In this document: piece after piece, positions 1-9,226 of the stretch | Layout of the letters: every line of letters begins with the position of its first letter | Numbering within the stretch: position 1 is the stretch's first letter | From: Nitrososphaeraceae archaeon | GTDB taxonomy: Archaea > Thermoproteota > Nitrososphaeria > Nitrososphaerales > Nitrososphaeraceae | DNA length: 64,000 nucleotides | Assembly: GCA_044870765.1 (NCBI GenBank) | Contig: JBIOZG010000032.1 | Location: 1 to 64,000 of the forward strand | Direction: 5' to 3' | Translations under genes and position numbers: made by a program | The notes under the pieces: generated by a model | What the model was told of the DNA's origin: nothing | Databases searched by the model: none | What the model saw: the letters and a program-made list of their open reading frames with translations, nothing else

Positions 1-280
1 GTCAGTCGAACCAAAGCCTTCTAATAAATCATCGTAGAAATGAATTCCAATCTTGCCATCTCCTATTTTTTTATTAGAGACATCTATCTCAGTTCCTTCT
101 TCAAGTTTATTTGATTTTTCTTTGATAGTCCAATCCGAAGGATATTGGAACGCAATTTGATACATTTCGCTAAGATAATTGGTATATTGCAATGCAAAAG
201 ACGAATTGACATTGGGAATGAACAGGATAAAAGACAAAAAAAATGTCACAATAACAAATTTTGTCTTTGGTATTAATGTT
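1..280 (-). CDS. PsbP-related exported protein, 5' part only (runs off the left edge; start codon uncertain)
   Basis: Not in the ORF track. Manual translation gives LIPKTKFVIVTFFLSFILFIPNVNSSFALQYTNYLSEMYQIAFQYPSDWTIKE: a signal peptide followed by the F.YP.DW motif typical of PsbP-like proteins. No in-frame ATG start candidate 5' of the signal peptide before the upstream stop at 331-333. Confidence 0.6.
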
Positions 281-664
281 AAAGTGATTAAATAGCCACT
301 TCCTTTAGCTCCACGTGTAGTTAATGTGCATTATGAGATTTAACGATTTAAATAATTGTGTGAAAGCCTCATAGAAAAATTATTTGAACTCTTCTGGCCA
401 CCAAACATATATCATCATAAATTTGGGACAACCGTAACCACTTTAAACCCTCTATTTATTATCGGGATGTAAAACTTTGATGTGAAAGAGAAGACCGTAT
501 ATGATACTCTAGAAAAAATCATTATTTAAAAAATCAAAGTCGAAAAAAAAGCTAGCAGTAAATTTCATCTTGTTATGTTTCATAACTAATCATTAAGCAT
601 TAATTGCTCTAAGTGACATCATTTTAATGATAAATGATTTTGCGACGAAAATAATTTATCAGTA

Positions 665-1219
665 ATGATGTATATACAATTTCGTCGGCAATTGAATCGG
701 AAACCTGTTTACCTGCTAACAATCCTCTTATCAAAAGTGTTTGGTATTCTAGGCTGTTTAATAGCTTCAAGTTTGACCCTAATGGTCCTATCAGCTGGTG
801 ATATTGGCTACCATTATCAATACGTCGATGCAACAGTTTCCCAAACAAATAGCTCTTCTATTGTCTCTGAACTAATTCAAAATGGTAACGCCTTATTAAA
901 CACATCAGAATATGACAAGGCGATGACAACTTTTGATCAGGTCCTAAAACTTGATTTTAAGTCTGTCGATGCATTAAACGGGAAGGGATTGGCCCTCAAT
1001 AATCTTGGAAAATATCAAGAAGCGATTTTATGGTTTGATAAGGCATTAAAGATTGACCCTAATTTTGTAGATGCTTTATACAATAAAGCTGACGCACTAG
1101 GTGAGCTTGGTAATTATGAAGAAGCGTTTATCTGGACTGAAAAAGCTTTGGCGATTGACACTACCAACCAAAATACTTCAATGTCTACAAGTGCGTTACT
1201 TCCAAATGGAATAAATTAA
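665..1219 (+). CDS. TPR-repeat protein with N-terminal hydrophobic anchor/signal
   Basis: Three TPR units (ALNGKGLALNNLGKYQEAILWFDKALKIDP; ALYNKADALGELGNYEEA). Confidence 0.85.
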   Translation: MMYIQFRRQLNRKPVYLLTILLSKVFGILGCLIASSLTLMVLSAGDIGYHYQYVDATVSQTNSSSIVSELIQNGNALLNTSEYDKAMTTFDQVLKLDFKSVDALNGKGLALNNLGKYQEAILWFDKALKIDPNFVDALYNKADALGELGNYEEAFIWTEKALAIDTTNQNTSMSTSALLPNGIN

Positions 1220-1227
1220 AAATATTT

Positions 1228-1797
1228 TCACCGGCATTGAGCGGCTGTCCAATTTTCTTTGGAGAATTCGGATATATCACAAAATTCAGTTAAAATCTTT
1301 CCCATCTTGTTCGCCATGACTTTTGCATTTGTGTTTACACCATCGCAATAGACAACTCCAACTTCCCTGCCATATCTATCTCCTCTCCGTTGTCCACTAT
1401 CAACATCCAGCTCTCCTTTTTTCCCAAGGCAAAGTGATTCAACAAATTTTTTTGCATTATCAAACCCTTGTTGGCCTCTTTCAGGAGTATCGACAAGCGC
1501 TAATCTAATCCTAGTTCCATTAATATCCAATGTATCTCCATCTATTACCTTTGTTACAATTCCTTTCAACTCTATATCATCACTTGTATTGCTGTTCTGA
1601 TTTTGAGCAACAATGTCTTGGATCTTGTAGATAACCTCATTTTCACTTTGACTGATTTTTGAAATTGAATAAACCTTGTCCATCGATATGGATTTACCTG
1701 CCTCCACTAATTGGCTAATTAAAAAGACAAATACAAATACTATGCCAAGAGCAGAGTATGTGCAAATTTTTTGCATCCACATCAAGATACAATTCAA
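1228..1797 (-). CDS. Thermonuclease (SNase-like) family protein, membrane-anchored or secreted
   Basis: KVIDGDT, IRLALVDTPE and DRYGR motifs; N-terminal hydrophobic segment. Confidence 0.9.
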   Translation of the reverse strand: MNCILMWMQKICTYSALGIVFVFVFLISQLVEAGKSISMDKVYSISKISQSENEVIYKIQDIVAQNQNSNTSDDIELKGIVTKVIDGDTLDINGTRIRLALVDTPERGQQGFDNAKKFVESLCLGKKGELDVDSGQRRGDRYGREVGVVYCDGVNTNAKVMANKMGKILTEFCDISEFSKENWTAAQCR

Positions 1798-1950
1798 TAA
1801 TTTAGAGTATTAATTTACTTTGCTGGAATTTTATTCTATGAACAATTGATTTTATTTTTTGTGTATTTCAAATTCTTAAAAACAATGGAATATCTAAACT
1901 TGAAATTAAAAAACAGAAACAAAATTACTATTTTATGCTATCTACTCTAA

Positions 1951-2898
1951 TCAAGGGATTAGACTCAGTGAAATAAGATCTGACCAGGACCTTTGTTCAA
2001 AAATCAAGGGATTATGGCCATTCATATTCACTTTTTTTGAGACACGTTTTGACAAGTACATACCAATTGAGCTCATCAGATGCCATAACCTGGAGTTTGG
2101 ATTTGAAATAAAAGAGTCTATGGCCCATTTCACGATAGAGTGAAATTTTGGATTTGTTTCGTTTATTGAATTTAAAATAGTTTGACGTGAAGAAGATATG
2201 ATATAATGTGCATGTTCATGCATTTCTTCCCTAGTCGCATAATCCAGTTTACCTACCTTGAATTTGCCTTTTTTCAAACTCTCTAAAACAGTATCAACAT
2301 TCTTTTCAGACTCAACAGTATTGATACTCCTACCGATGGTGGACTTTACATGAGAATCGCTACCAACTATTGATATCAAGTTGTTTTGTTTAGTGAACCT
2401 CTCAGCAAAAAGATTCGAAAAGATATCAACATTATTGCTGTTAAATGATTCAATCAAGTCACATTTCTTTGCGTGCTCTCTTATTCCGTTTGAAACTGCA
2501 AATGGATGTGCAGCACATGATATGGCATTCTGTTTTCTTATCTCGTCAAGTGTTTCGTCAAGAGTCATACCTGCTCTTATTTCATCCTGTACTCCATAAG
2601 CCAAAACATGACCTTTATTATTGATTGTTATTTCCTCAGCAGGGTAAATTTCTATGTCTTTGTATTTTGCATGATTTTGCTTGTATTCTAAAATCTGAGA
2701 ATAACCGTCCAGTGTATTATGATTTGTAACAAACATTACGTCAATTTTCTGAAGATATGCATTCTCCAATTGTTCTTGTATTGTGACACCACAATCAAAT
2801 GGTATTCTTGAAAGATAGTTATTATGATTTGAAAAAACATTATGACAGTGAGTTTCAACCTTCAGGACTTGTGACATAGTTTTGCTGATACAATCCAA
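1951..2898 (-). CDS. PHP-domain metal-dependent phosphoesterase
   Basis: ETHCH, VTNHN, AEEI, GHVL, AAHPF and GSDSH motifs; the start is probably the ATG at 2878. Confidence 0.85.
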   Translation of the reverse strand: MDCISKTMSQVLKVETHCHNVFSNHNNYLSRIPFDCGVTIQEQLENAYLQKIDVMFVTNHNTLDGYSQILEYKQNHAKYKDIEIYPAEEITINNKGHVLAYGVQDEIRAGMTLDETLDEIRKQNAISCAAHPFAVSNGIREHAKKCDLIESFNSNNVDIFSNLFAERFTKQNNLISIVGSDSHVKSTIGRSINTVESEKNVDTVLESLKKGKFKVGKLDYATREEMHEHAHYIISSSRQTILNSINETNPKFHSIVKWAIDSFISNPNSRLWHLMSSIGMYLSKRVSKKVNMNGHNPLIFEQRSWSDLISLSLIP

Positions 2899-3055
2899 CT
2901 AGTCTTTACCTTATATATACTATCTTTGGATGAACGTAAAATAATTAATTGAGGATAATTTGCAAGATATTGCATTATTTTTGCTTTATATCCGCTCTAA
3001 AAAAAGCAAATAATTGTTTGCATAATAACAAAAAATTATTAAATTTACGGACATG

Positions 3056-4102
3056 TTATCTGATTTCTATAACTTCTCCTACTATCTGGTTCATTGCAGC
3101 TTCAGCAATGTCAAATGAATACTCAGCGGTCCTTCTAATATGTTCTAGGATAAGCTTTACGTAAATGTTGTTGTAATTCTTTGGATTCTTCTCCTTGTCG
3201 ATTGACGCGACTATGTCATCTTCTATTGATGTGACATTTTCTGATTTATCCACAATGCTGTCTGCAAGATAGTAGTCCTTTCTAAGGAATGCTTCTATTG
3301 CATTACTTAATAATTCTAATGATAGCTCACTCATTTTTAATATTCTTTTGCGCAAATCATCAGGAATTGTTCCAATCTGTGAACTCTTTATTGCAATTTC
3401 AGAAGCATGGTCTGCAATTCGCTCCAGACTCCTTACCGCTGCACTATAGCTGAGACAATCAGCTGGACTGCGGAGTCCTATTGCTTTGAGGGTGCTTTCG
3501 TTCTGCGAGGCAATTACCAGGTTGCGAAGAACATACAGACTGAATCTGTCTACTTCGTCATCAGACTTTATTACCGACTTGTATAATTCCTGACTATCTC
3601 CGGATAAGGTAGAAATTGCATCTCTGTGCATAGATGAACCAATTAGAAACATCCTTCTAACTGCGGTATTTATGGACAACTCTGGAAGACTCAACAAGAC
3701 TTGAATTGTTACCGTATCAGAGGAGTCGGCGATAATTTCAGTTCCGATAAGATTTCTGCGAACAACTTCTCTAATCGCATCGCGCTGTGAAGGATGAATC
3801 CCCCCTGTTTTTGATCTTAAGTGCATTATATTAAAGCCTCTTAGATACATGGAAACAACAGTACGTTTCAATGTCGGACCGCTCTTGTCGCTTGTAACAA
3901 ACGATGTAGCTTCAAAAGTGCTTGGCCCTCTCATAACATTTGGAATTATTGAAAGCGAATTATTGGCTTCCCTCAATATGGTGACCGGGTCTCCAGCCTT
4001 TAGTTTTAATTCAGTTACCCACTTTTTTGGAAGAGATAGTACGTACGTAGACCTACCTGTATACTGAATCTTCCTTACTTCATTATTTTCAAACGTTTGC
4101 AA
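3056..4102 (-). CDS. Phosphate uptake regulator, AbrB/SpoVT DNA-binding domain fused to tandem PhoU domains
   Basis: N-terminal RKIQYTGRSTYVLSLPKKWV (AbrB-like); DDEVDR and LERIADHA PhoU motifs; adjacent to the pst operon. Confidence 0.9.
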   Translation of the reverse strand: MQTFENNEVRKIQYTGRSTYVLSLPKKWVTELKLKAGDPVTILREANNSLSIIPNVMRGPSTFEATSFVTSDKSGPTLKRTVVSMYLRGFNIMHLRSKTGGIHPSQRDAIREVVRRNLIGTEIIADSSDTVTIQVLLSLPELSINTAVRRMFLIGSSMHRDAISTLSGDSQELYKSVIKSDDEVDRFSLYVLRNLVIASQNESTLKAIGLRSPADCLSYSAAVRSLERIADHASEIAIKSSQIGTIPDDLRKRILKMSELSLELLSNAIEAFLRKDYYLADSIVDKSENVTSIEDDIVASIDKEKNPKNYNNIYVKLILEHIRRTAEYSFDIAEAAMNQIVGEVIEIR

Positions 4103-4177
4103 TATAGATATTTAGATGTCAGTATAATATGGGTTTTATGTCTATTGATCTCTATTTACAATATAGATGTATATACT

Positions 4178-4185
4178 CTATATAG
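4178..4185. promoter_or_regulatory. CTATATAG palindrome upstream of the AbrB-PhoU regulator (candidate phosphate-regulon operator)
   Basis: The same palindrome occurs at 5761-5768 and 9028-9035; TATAGAT half-sites at 4103 and 4162. Confidence 0.4.
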
Positions 4186-4189
4186 TTAG

Positions 4190-4852
4190 TTAACGTCTTG
4201 GGCTCGGATCGCCTGTCACGACGTAGTATACACAATCACCAATGTAACAGGCGTGATCTGCGATTCTCTCTAGATATCGGAGTATCAACAAAGCTGAAAG
4301 ATAGCATTTTGGATCAAAGTTTCTCTTCTTGGTCTGTGTCAATGCCTTTTTTAAATAATTACGGAATATTGAATCCACGCTATCATCCATCATGTATAGC
4401 TTCTGCGAAGCATTTTTGTCGAGTTTGTCTAGTGATTTTACGCTTAGTTGAATCATCTCTTTAGCGGTTTTTGCCATTAGCATAACTTCAGATTTGTCAC
4501 ATTTAGGAATTGGACCTATTGTTTCTAATACTTCTGCTATATCATAGGCATATCTGCCAAATCTTGAGAAACCATACGCGGCATCCATGAAAGACTGAAT
4601 AAATCTGAGATCTTTGGCTACTGGCTGGTATCTTGCTATCAATTCGGTAGCAAAGTCAGTTACTTCTATTTGTAGAAATCTAAGTTTCTCAGAACCTTCA
4701 AAAATCTGTGATCGTAACATCATCCCTTTTTCATATGTCGACCCCTTTTCATATGATTCTAAAGCCGAGTTGACCAGATCTTCTGAAAGGTGACCCATGT
4801 CCATTATGAGGTTAGTGATTCGTTGTAAACCTATATCTAAAAGTCGAGCCAA
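4190..4852 (-). CDS. phoU: Phosphate transport accessory protein PhoU
   Basis: IARYQPVAKDLR, DDSVD and YLERIADHACYI motifs; directly downstream of pstB. Confidence 0.92.
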   Translation of the reverse strand: MARLLDIGLQRITNLIMDMGHLSEDLVNSALESYEKGSTYEKGMMLRSQIFEGSEKLRFLQIEVTDFATELIARYQPVAKDLRFIQSFMDAAYGFSRFGRYAYDIAEVLETIGPIPKCDKSEVMLMAKTAKEMIQLSVKSLDKLDKNASQKLYMMDDSVDSIFRNYLKKALTQTKKRNFDPKCYLSALLILRYLERIADHACYIGDCVYYVVTGDPSPRR

Positions 4853-4868
4853 CTTACAAAACTATATT

Positions 4869-5720
4869 CTATCCAAATTTGCCAGAGATATAGCGCTCTG
4901 TGAGTTCTTTTTCAGGTTTCATAAAGATTTGATTCGTTGCTCCATATTCTATTAAATCACCCAGGTACATAAAGGCCGTAAAGTCTGATACCCTGGCAGC
5001 CTGTTGCATATTGTGGGTTACTATAATTATAGTAACGCTGTCTTTTAGAATTCTGACAAGCTCTTCTATTTTTGATGAGCCTATAGGATCCAGTGAAGAT
5101 GTTGGTTCATCCATCAGTAATACTTCAGGCTGCATCGCAAGTGCTCTTGCAATGCAAAGTCTCTGCTGTTGTCCACCGGATAAGCTCATTCCCGGTTGTT
5201 CAAGATCATTTTTCACTTCTTCCCACAAAGCTGCATTTTTGAGACTTTCTTCTACAATTTCTCTGATGATAGTTTTGTTTTTCATGCCGTTTAGTCTTAG
5301 ACCTGCAGAAACATTATCAAAGATACTCATTGTAGGAAATGGATTTGGTTTTTGAAAAACCATTCCTATTCGTCTTCTGATGACAACAGGGTCAATTGAT
5401 TTATCATAAATATCAATTCCATCAACTACCACTCGACCATCGGCATGTGCACCTGGAGTCATTTCGTGCATTCGATTTAAACATCTCAGAAGTGTTGTCT
5501 TACCACAACCTGATGGTCCAATAAATGCAGTTACGGCCTTGTCTTTGACGTTCAGGTTAACGTCCTTTATTGCTCGTTTAGCCCCATACCACCCATTAAC
5601 TTTCTCAATCCTTACTTTGTATTTTTCGGCAGAGTCCTGTACTATTTCAGTCTCGCTAGTATTCTCCCTTGCCCCTTCTAATATTGCTTCGTCAGCTTCG
5701 ATGGGTTCTTCTATGGCCAA
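4869..5720 (-). CDS. pstB: Phosphate ABC transporter ATP-binding protein
   Basis: [42 protein letters not shown]. Confidence 0.97.
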   Translation of the reverse strand: MAIEEPIEADEAILEGARENTSETEIVQDSAEKYKVRIEKVNGWYGAKRAIKDVNLNVKDKAVTAFIGPSGCGKTTLLRCLNRMHEMTPGAHADGRVVVDGIDIYDKSIDPVVIRRRIGMVFQKPNPFPTMSIFDNVSAGLRLNGMKNKTIIREIVEESLKNAALWEEVKNDLEQPGMSLSGGQQQRLCIARALAMQPEVLLMDEPTSSLDPIGSSKIEELVRILKDSVTIIIVTHNMQQAARVSDFTAFMYLGDLIEYGATNQIFMKPEKELTERYISGKFG

Positions 5721-5760
5721 TTGGAATAATTACTTGCGAAAATCGATAATTATGTATTAT

Positions 5761-5768
5761 CTATATAG
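5761..5768. promoter_or_regulatory. CTATATAG palindrome upstream of pstB
   Basis: Lies in the 66-bp pstA-pstB gap, with TATAGAT at 5773-5779. Confidence 0.4.
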
Positions 5769-5786
5769 TAAATATAGATACACTGA

Positions 5787-6695
5787 TCAAGCGGATACCT
5801 TAAACGTGTTTCTTTGTGCCAAAAACCTTAATCCCACGCTCAGGGACAAGATCATCAGTATCAAAATTAGGGCAGAACCCCAGCCAAATGCATGTGCTGA
5901 TTCGTATGGCTGGCTGGCTAACCTCCAAATTCTCAGTGGCAATGCATCTACCGGGCCCGTTATTCCAGTAAAGAAAAGGCTTGTGCCCAATATGGTCATT
6001 ATTAGTGGAGCGGTTTCGCCGGCGATCCTAGATACAGCTATGACTATGCCTGTAAGTATTCCATTTTTCGCACTGGGGAGAACTATGGATAAAGTGATCT
6101 TGGCCTTTGAAATACCCAGAGAATGACCTGCTTCCCGAAACGAATATGGTACTATCTTCAATGTCTCCTCCGTGACTCTGACTACAATTGGAATCATGAT
6201 TATCGAAAGAGAAATAGCACCTGCTATAACTGAAAAGGACCCAATAGTCAGGACGATGGCTACGTACCCTACAATACCTATTACTATTGATGGGAGGCCA
6301 GTAAGCACATCATTGAAGAATCTTACCAGATCAGGGAAAGTCCCTTCTTTGGCAAATTCGGAAAGATAGATACCTGCCAAAACCCCTATCGGTGCTCCTA
6401 TTAACGATGCAAGTCCGACAACTATTATAGTCCCCTGTATGGCAGGTGCTATTCCACCACTTCCTGAACCAATAGATCCTTGAGGCTGGGTTAGAAATTC
6501 AAAGCTTATTGCACTTACTCCATTCTTGATAACTTCTATTAATATGCTAGCCAGAGGTACTATTGCAGCGATGACGCAAACGATAGTAAAAATAGTAACG
6601 AGTTTATTCACAATTATGCGCTTTTTGTATTTCTTGTTTACAGTTTCGTGGACAATTTTGCTGTAATTTTTATTTGAACTGGGATCGTCGGTCAT
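5787..6695 (-). CDS. pstA: Phosphate ABC transporter permease PstA
   Basis: GLPSIVIG, REAGHSLG and SRIAGETAPL motifs; multiple TM segments. Confidence 0.95.
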   Translation of the reverse strand: MTDDPSSNKNYSKIVHETVNKKYKKRIIVNKLVTIFTIVCVIAAIVPLASILIEVIKNGVSAISFEFLTQPQGSIGSGSGGIAPAIQGTIIVVGLASLIGAPIGVLAGIYLSEFAKEGTFPDLVRFFNDVLTGLPSIVIGIVGYVAIVLTIGSFSVIAGAISLSIIMIPIVVRVTEETLKIVPYSFREAGHSLGISKAKITLSIVLPSAKNGILTGIVIAVSRIAGETAPLIMTILGTSLFFTGITGPVDALPLRIWRLASQPYESAHAFGWGSALILILMILSLSVGLRFLAQRNTFKVSA

Positions 6696-7684
6696 TGCGA
6701 TTTAGCTCCCGATGATGACTTGATTATTTTCTTTTTTACCAAAAGACGGGCACCAACGTTTATTGCCATTGTAAGGACCAACAGTATTGCTCCTAAAGCA
6801 ATTAGTGCTGATAAATGTAAATCAGAGGATGCTTCATTGAATTCATTTGCTATCAGACTTGAGAGCGTTTGACCTTGCGAGAATAATGTGGTAGGAATTG
6901 CACTAGGTCCTATCACGTTACCAATAATCATTGTTAAGAGTATCGTTTCTCCTACCGCTCTCCCAAGTCCTAACATAGATGCACCCACTATCCCTGATTT
7001 AACATAAGGGAATACCGCCACTCTGACAGTTTCCCAACGAGTAGCTCCAAGACTGTATGCAGCTTCCCTCTGTGAATCCGGAACTACTCTCATAACCTCT
7101 CTACATATGGATGATATTATCGGAATTATCATGATTGCCAATACTATTCCCGCAGTAAATATGTCAAGACCAAATGGAGTCTTTGCAAAAAAAGGCAGAG
7201 AACCAAAAGCGTCATACAATGGTTTTTCTATTAAATCTCGTACCCAAAATCTAAACACGAATAATGCCCAAAGACCATAAATTATACTGGGTACCGCAGC
7301 CAGAAGTTCTGTGACAAAAGACAGGGGGATACCGATGCGTGGAGGAGCAATTTCTGAAATGAAAATGGCTATTGCTAAACTAATGGGAACTCCTATGACC
7401 ATTGCTAGAGCAGAGCTCAAAAGAGTTCCTATAATGTAAGGAAAGGCGCCAAATGATTCTCTGCCTTCTACGGCATTCCAGTCTGATTGATAAAAAAACT
7501 GAATACCTTCAGCCGAAAATATATCTATTGAACCTTTCATAACTGAAAAGGCTACTAGTCCTACCATGAGTAACGTATATGCAGCAGCACCTATGACAAG
7601 TCCTGAAAATAATTTGTCATGCCCTTTGTTTCTTACTACAAAAAGCGACGAGATGTACCGATTATTTTTTGAACCTAAATTCAT
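6692..7684 (-). CDS. pstC: Phosphate ABC transporter permease PstC
   Basis: ELLAAVPSIIYGLW, REAAYSLGATRWE, GLGRAVGET, IANEF; 4-nt overlap with pstA. Confidence 0.95.
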   Translation of the reverse strand: MNLGSKNNRYISSLFVVRNKGHDKLFSGLVIGAAAYTLLMVGLVAFSVMKGSIDIFSAEGIQFFYQSDWNAVEGRESFGAFPYIIGTLLSSALAMVIGVPISLAIAIFISEIAPPRIGIPLSFVTELLAAVPSIIYGLWALFVFRFWVRDLIEKPLYDAFGSLPFFAKTPFGLDIFTAGIVLAIMIIPIISSICREVMRVVPDSQREAAYSLGATRWETVRVAVFPYVKSGIVGASMLGLGRAVGETILLTMIIGNVIGPSAIPTTLFSQGQTLSSLIANEFNEASSDLHLSALIALGAILLVLTMAINVGARLLVKKKIIKSSSGAKSQ

Positions 7685-7740
7685 ATTACAGAGCCACCTG
7701 ATTGCCTGGCAAGGAGATATTGCGTATTAAAGTCATTAAT

Positions 7741-7815
7741 ATTGTTTTTATTCTTAATTTTATTACTTGAAGTAAAAGAGGAAAAATGTGGAAAAATGAA
7801 ATAAAAAAAAGGGGG
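7741..7815 (-). terminator. Oligo(T) terminator tract downstream of pstS
   Basis: The minus strand reads CCCCC followed by T8 and further T-rich runs about 40 nt after the pstS stop, typical of archaeal intrinsic termination. Confidence 0.45.
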
Positions 7816-7855
7816 CTACGCGCTGTCAATGTTTGTTATCCCTTTGTTGTCACTG

Positions 7856-8944
7856 TTAGGTTATTGGCTGACCGTTGAATGTAAGGGATTTTAATGTATC
7901 TTGGTTGAGTTTGACTACTCCTTCTGGAAGTGGAACGTAGTCTAAACCTTCAGCAGTTTTCTGACCTTCAGTTATTGCCCATGATATGAAGTCTACTAAT
8001 GCCTTTGCTTTTGCCTGGTCTAGGTTTGGATCTGTGCTCATTTCCTTGTACAACAGTAGATACGAAAAGCTTGCTATGGGATATGAATCGGCACCCGGTG
8101 CATTTACGAGAGAAACGTTTGTCCAAACACCATCTCCCTTTGGCAATGATGCTACAAAAGACTGGACAGCTGCCTTTGTAGAAGCGAGTGTTGGCTCAAC
8201 AAAAGCACCTTCCTTGTTTTGGATAAATGCAAACGGCGTGTTTGTAGTAAGCGCATAACTTAATTCAATATAGCCTATTGTGTTTGGAGTACCCTTTATC
8301 GCGTTAGCAACACCTTCATTTCCTGGCGCACCAATACCAACTGGCCATTGCACGGACTTGCCTTTTCCGAATTGTTCTTTCCATGCAGGACTTGCACTTG
8401 ATAGGTAGTCAGTCCAAACAAAAGTCGTACCAGAACCATCGGATCTGTGCACTACAACTATGTCATCACCCGGTAAAGTTTTGTCTGTGTTTAGGGACTG
8501 AATCTTGGGATCATTCCATTTTGTAATCTTGCCCAAAAAAATGTCCGCTAATACTTCACCAGATAGTTTTAGTCCTTTATCAGGAATGCTTGGGATATTA
8601 TATGCTGCGACAACAGAGCCAATTGTTTCTGGTATATGAACTGCTCCCGGAGCTTTCTGACTCTCATTCTGCGTTAGTGGTGCATCAGTAGCTCCAAAAT
8701 CAACCGTTTTTTCTGTAAATTGCTTGACTCCACCGCCGCTTCCAATCGACTGATAATTAATATTGACTCCTGGTTGTACCTTCTGGTAGTCAACTCTCCA
8801 GGTGTCAATTAATGGAAATGGAAAAGTTGCTCCAGCCCCGTTGATTGTTACTTTACTTTGCGCATAGACAGCACCTGACAATATCGTGGACGTTGATAGT
8901 AGTATAGCTGCACTAATTCCTATGAGATTTTTGCTCATTTGCAT
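7856..8944 (-). CDS. pstS: Phosphate ABC transporter substrate-binding protein
   Basis: Signal peptide; GAGATFP, YQSIGSGGG, HRSDGSGTT, YPIASF. Confidence 0.97.
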   Translation of the reverse strand: MQMSKNLIGISAAILLSTSTILSGAVYAQSKVTINGAGATFPFPLIDTWRVDYQKVQPGVNINYQSIGSGGGVKQFTEKTVDFGATDAPLTQNESQKAPGAVHIPETIGSVVAAYNIPSIPDKGLKLSGEVLADIFLGKITKWNDPKIQSLNTDKTLPGDDIVVVHRSDGSGTTFVWTDYLSSASPAWKEQFGKGKSVQWPVGIGAPGNEGVANAIKGTPNTIGYIELSYALTTNTPFAFIQNKEGAFVEPTLASTKAAVQSFVASLPKGDGVWTNVSLVNAPGADSYPIASFSYLLLYKEMSTDPNLDQAKAKALVDFISWAITEGQKTAEGLDYVPLPEGVVKLNQDTLKSLTFNGQPIT

Positions 8945-9027
8945 AGATGTTCATGAATAAAGTTAGTTGATAATTATTTACCATGTTTTTATCATAGTCA
9001 ATACGCACCTATATTCATCAACATAAT

Positions 9028-9035
9028 CTATATAG
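9028..9035. promoter_or_regulatory. CTATATAG palindrome upstream of pstS
   Basis: 84 bp upstream of the pstS start; the related CATAGAT overlaps the start codon (8942-8948). Confidence 0.4.
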
Positions 9036-9226
9036 CGGGAGATTTCGAGGCGGTTAGAGAATGGCAAAACTGTATCAGAGTTGTAGATCCGGTCATATAC
9101 AACACATAACACAGTCGAGGAATTGATGTATTAAATTGTAGTTTCCAGTCCTAATTCCATAATATTGACACAATTTACTTAAAATACCTCGAAAACCTTA
9201 AATAATATTTACATAGGCTTAAAATA

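Noticed and set aside
5011-6369. Long plus-strand ORFs (5011..5355, 5539..6126, 6172..6369) and similar antisense ORFs over core genes
   Set aside because: Antisense to well-supported pstB/pstA with no motifs; the same reasoning applies to shadows over rpoB, rpoA, rfcL, the carboxylase genes and proS.
9043-9194. TTTCGAGG / CCTCGAAA inverted repeat as MITE ends
   Set aside because: Only 8 bp, with no target-site duplication, second copy or transposase seen.
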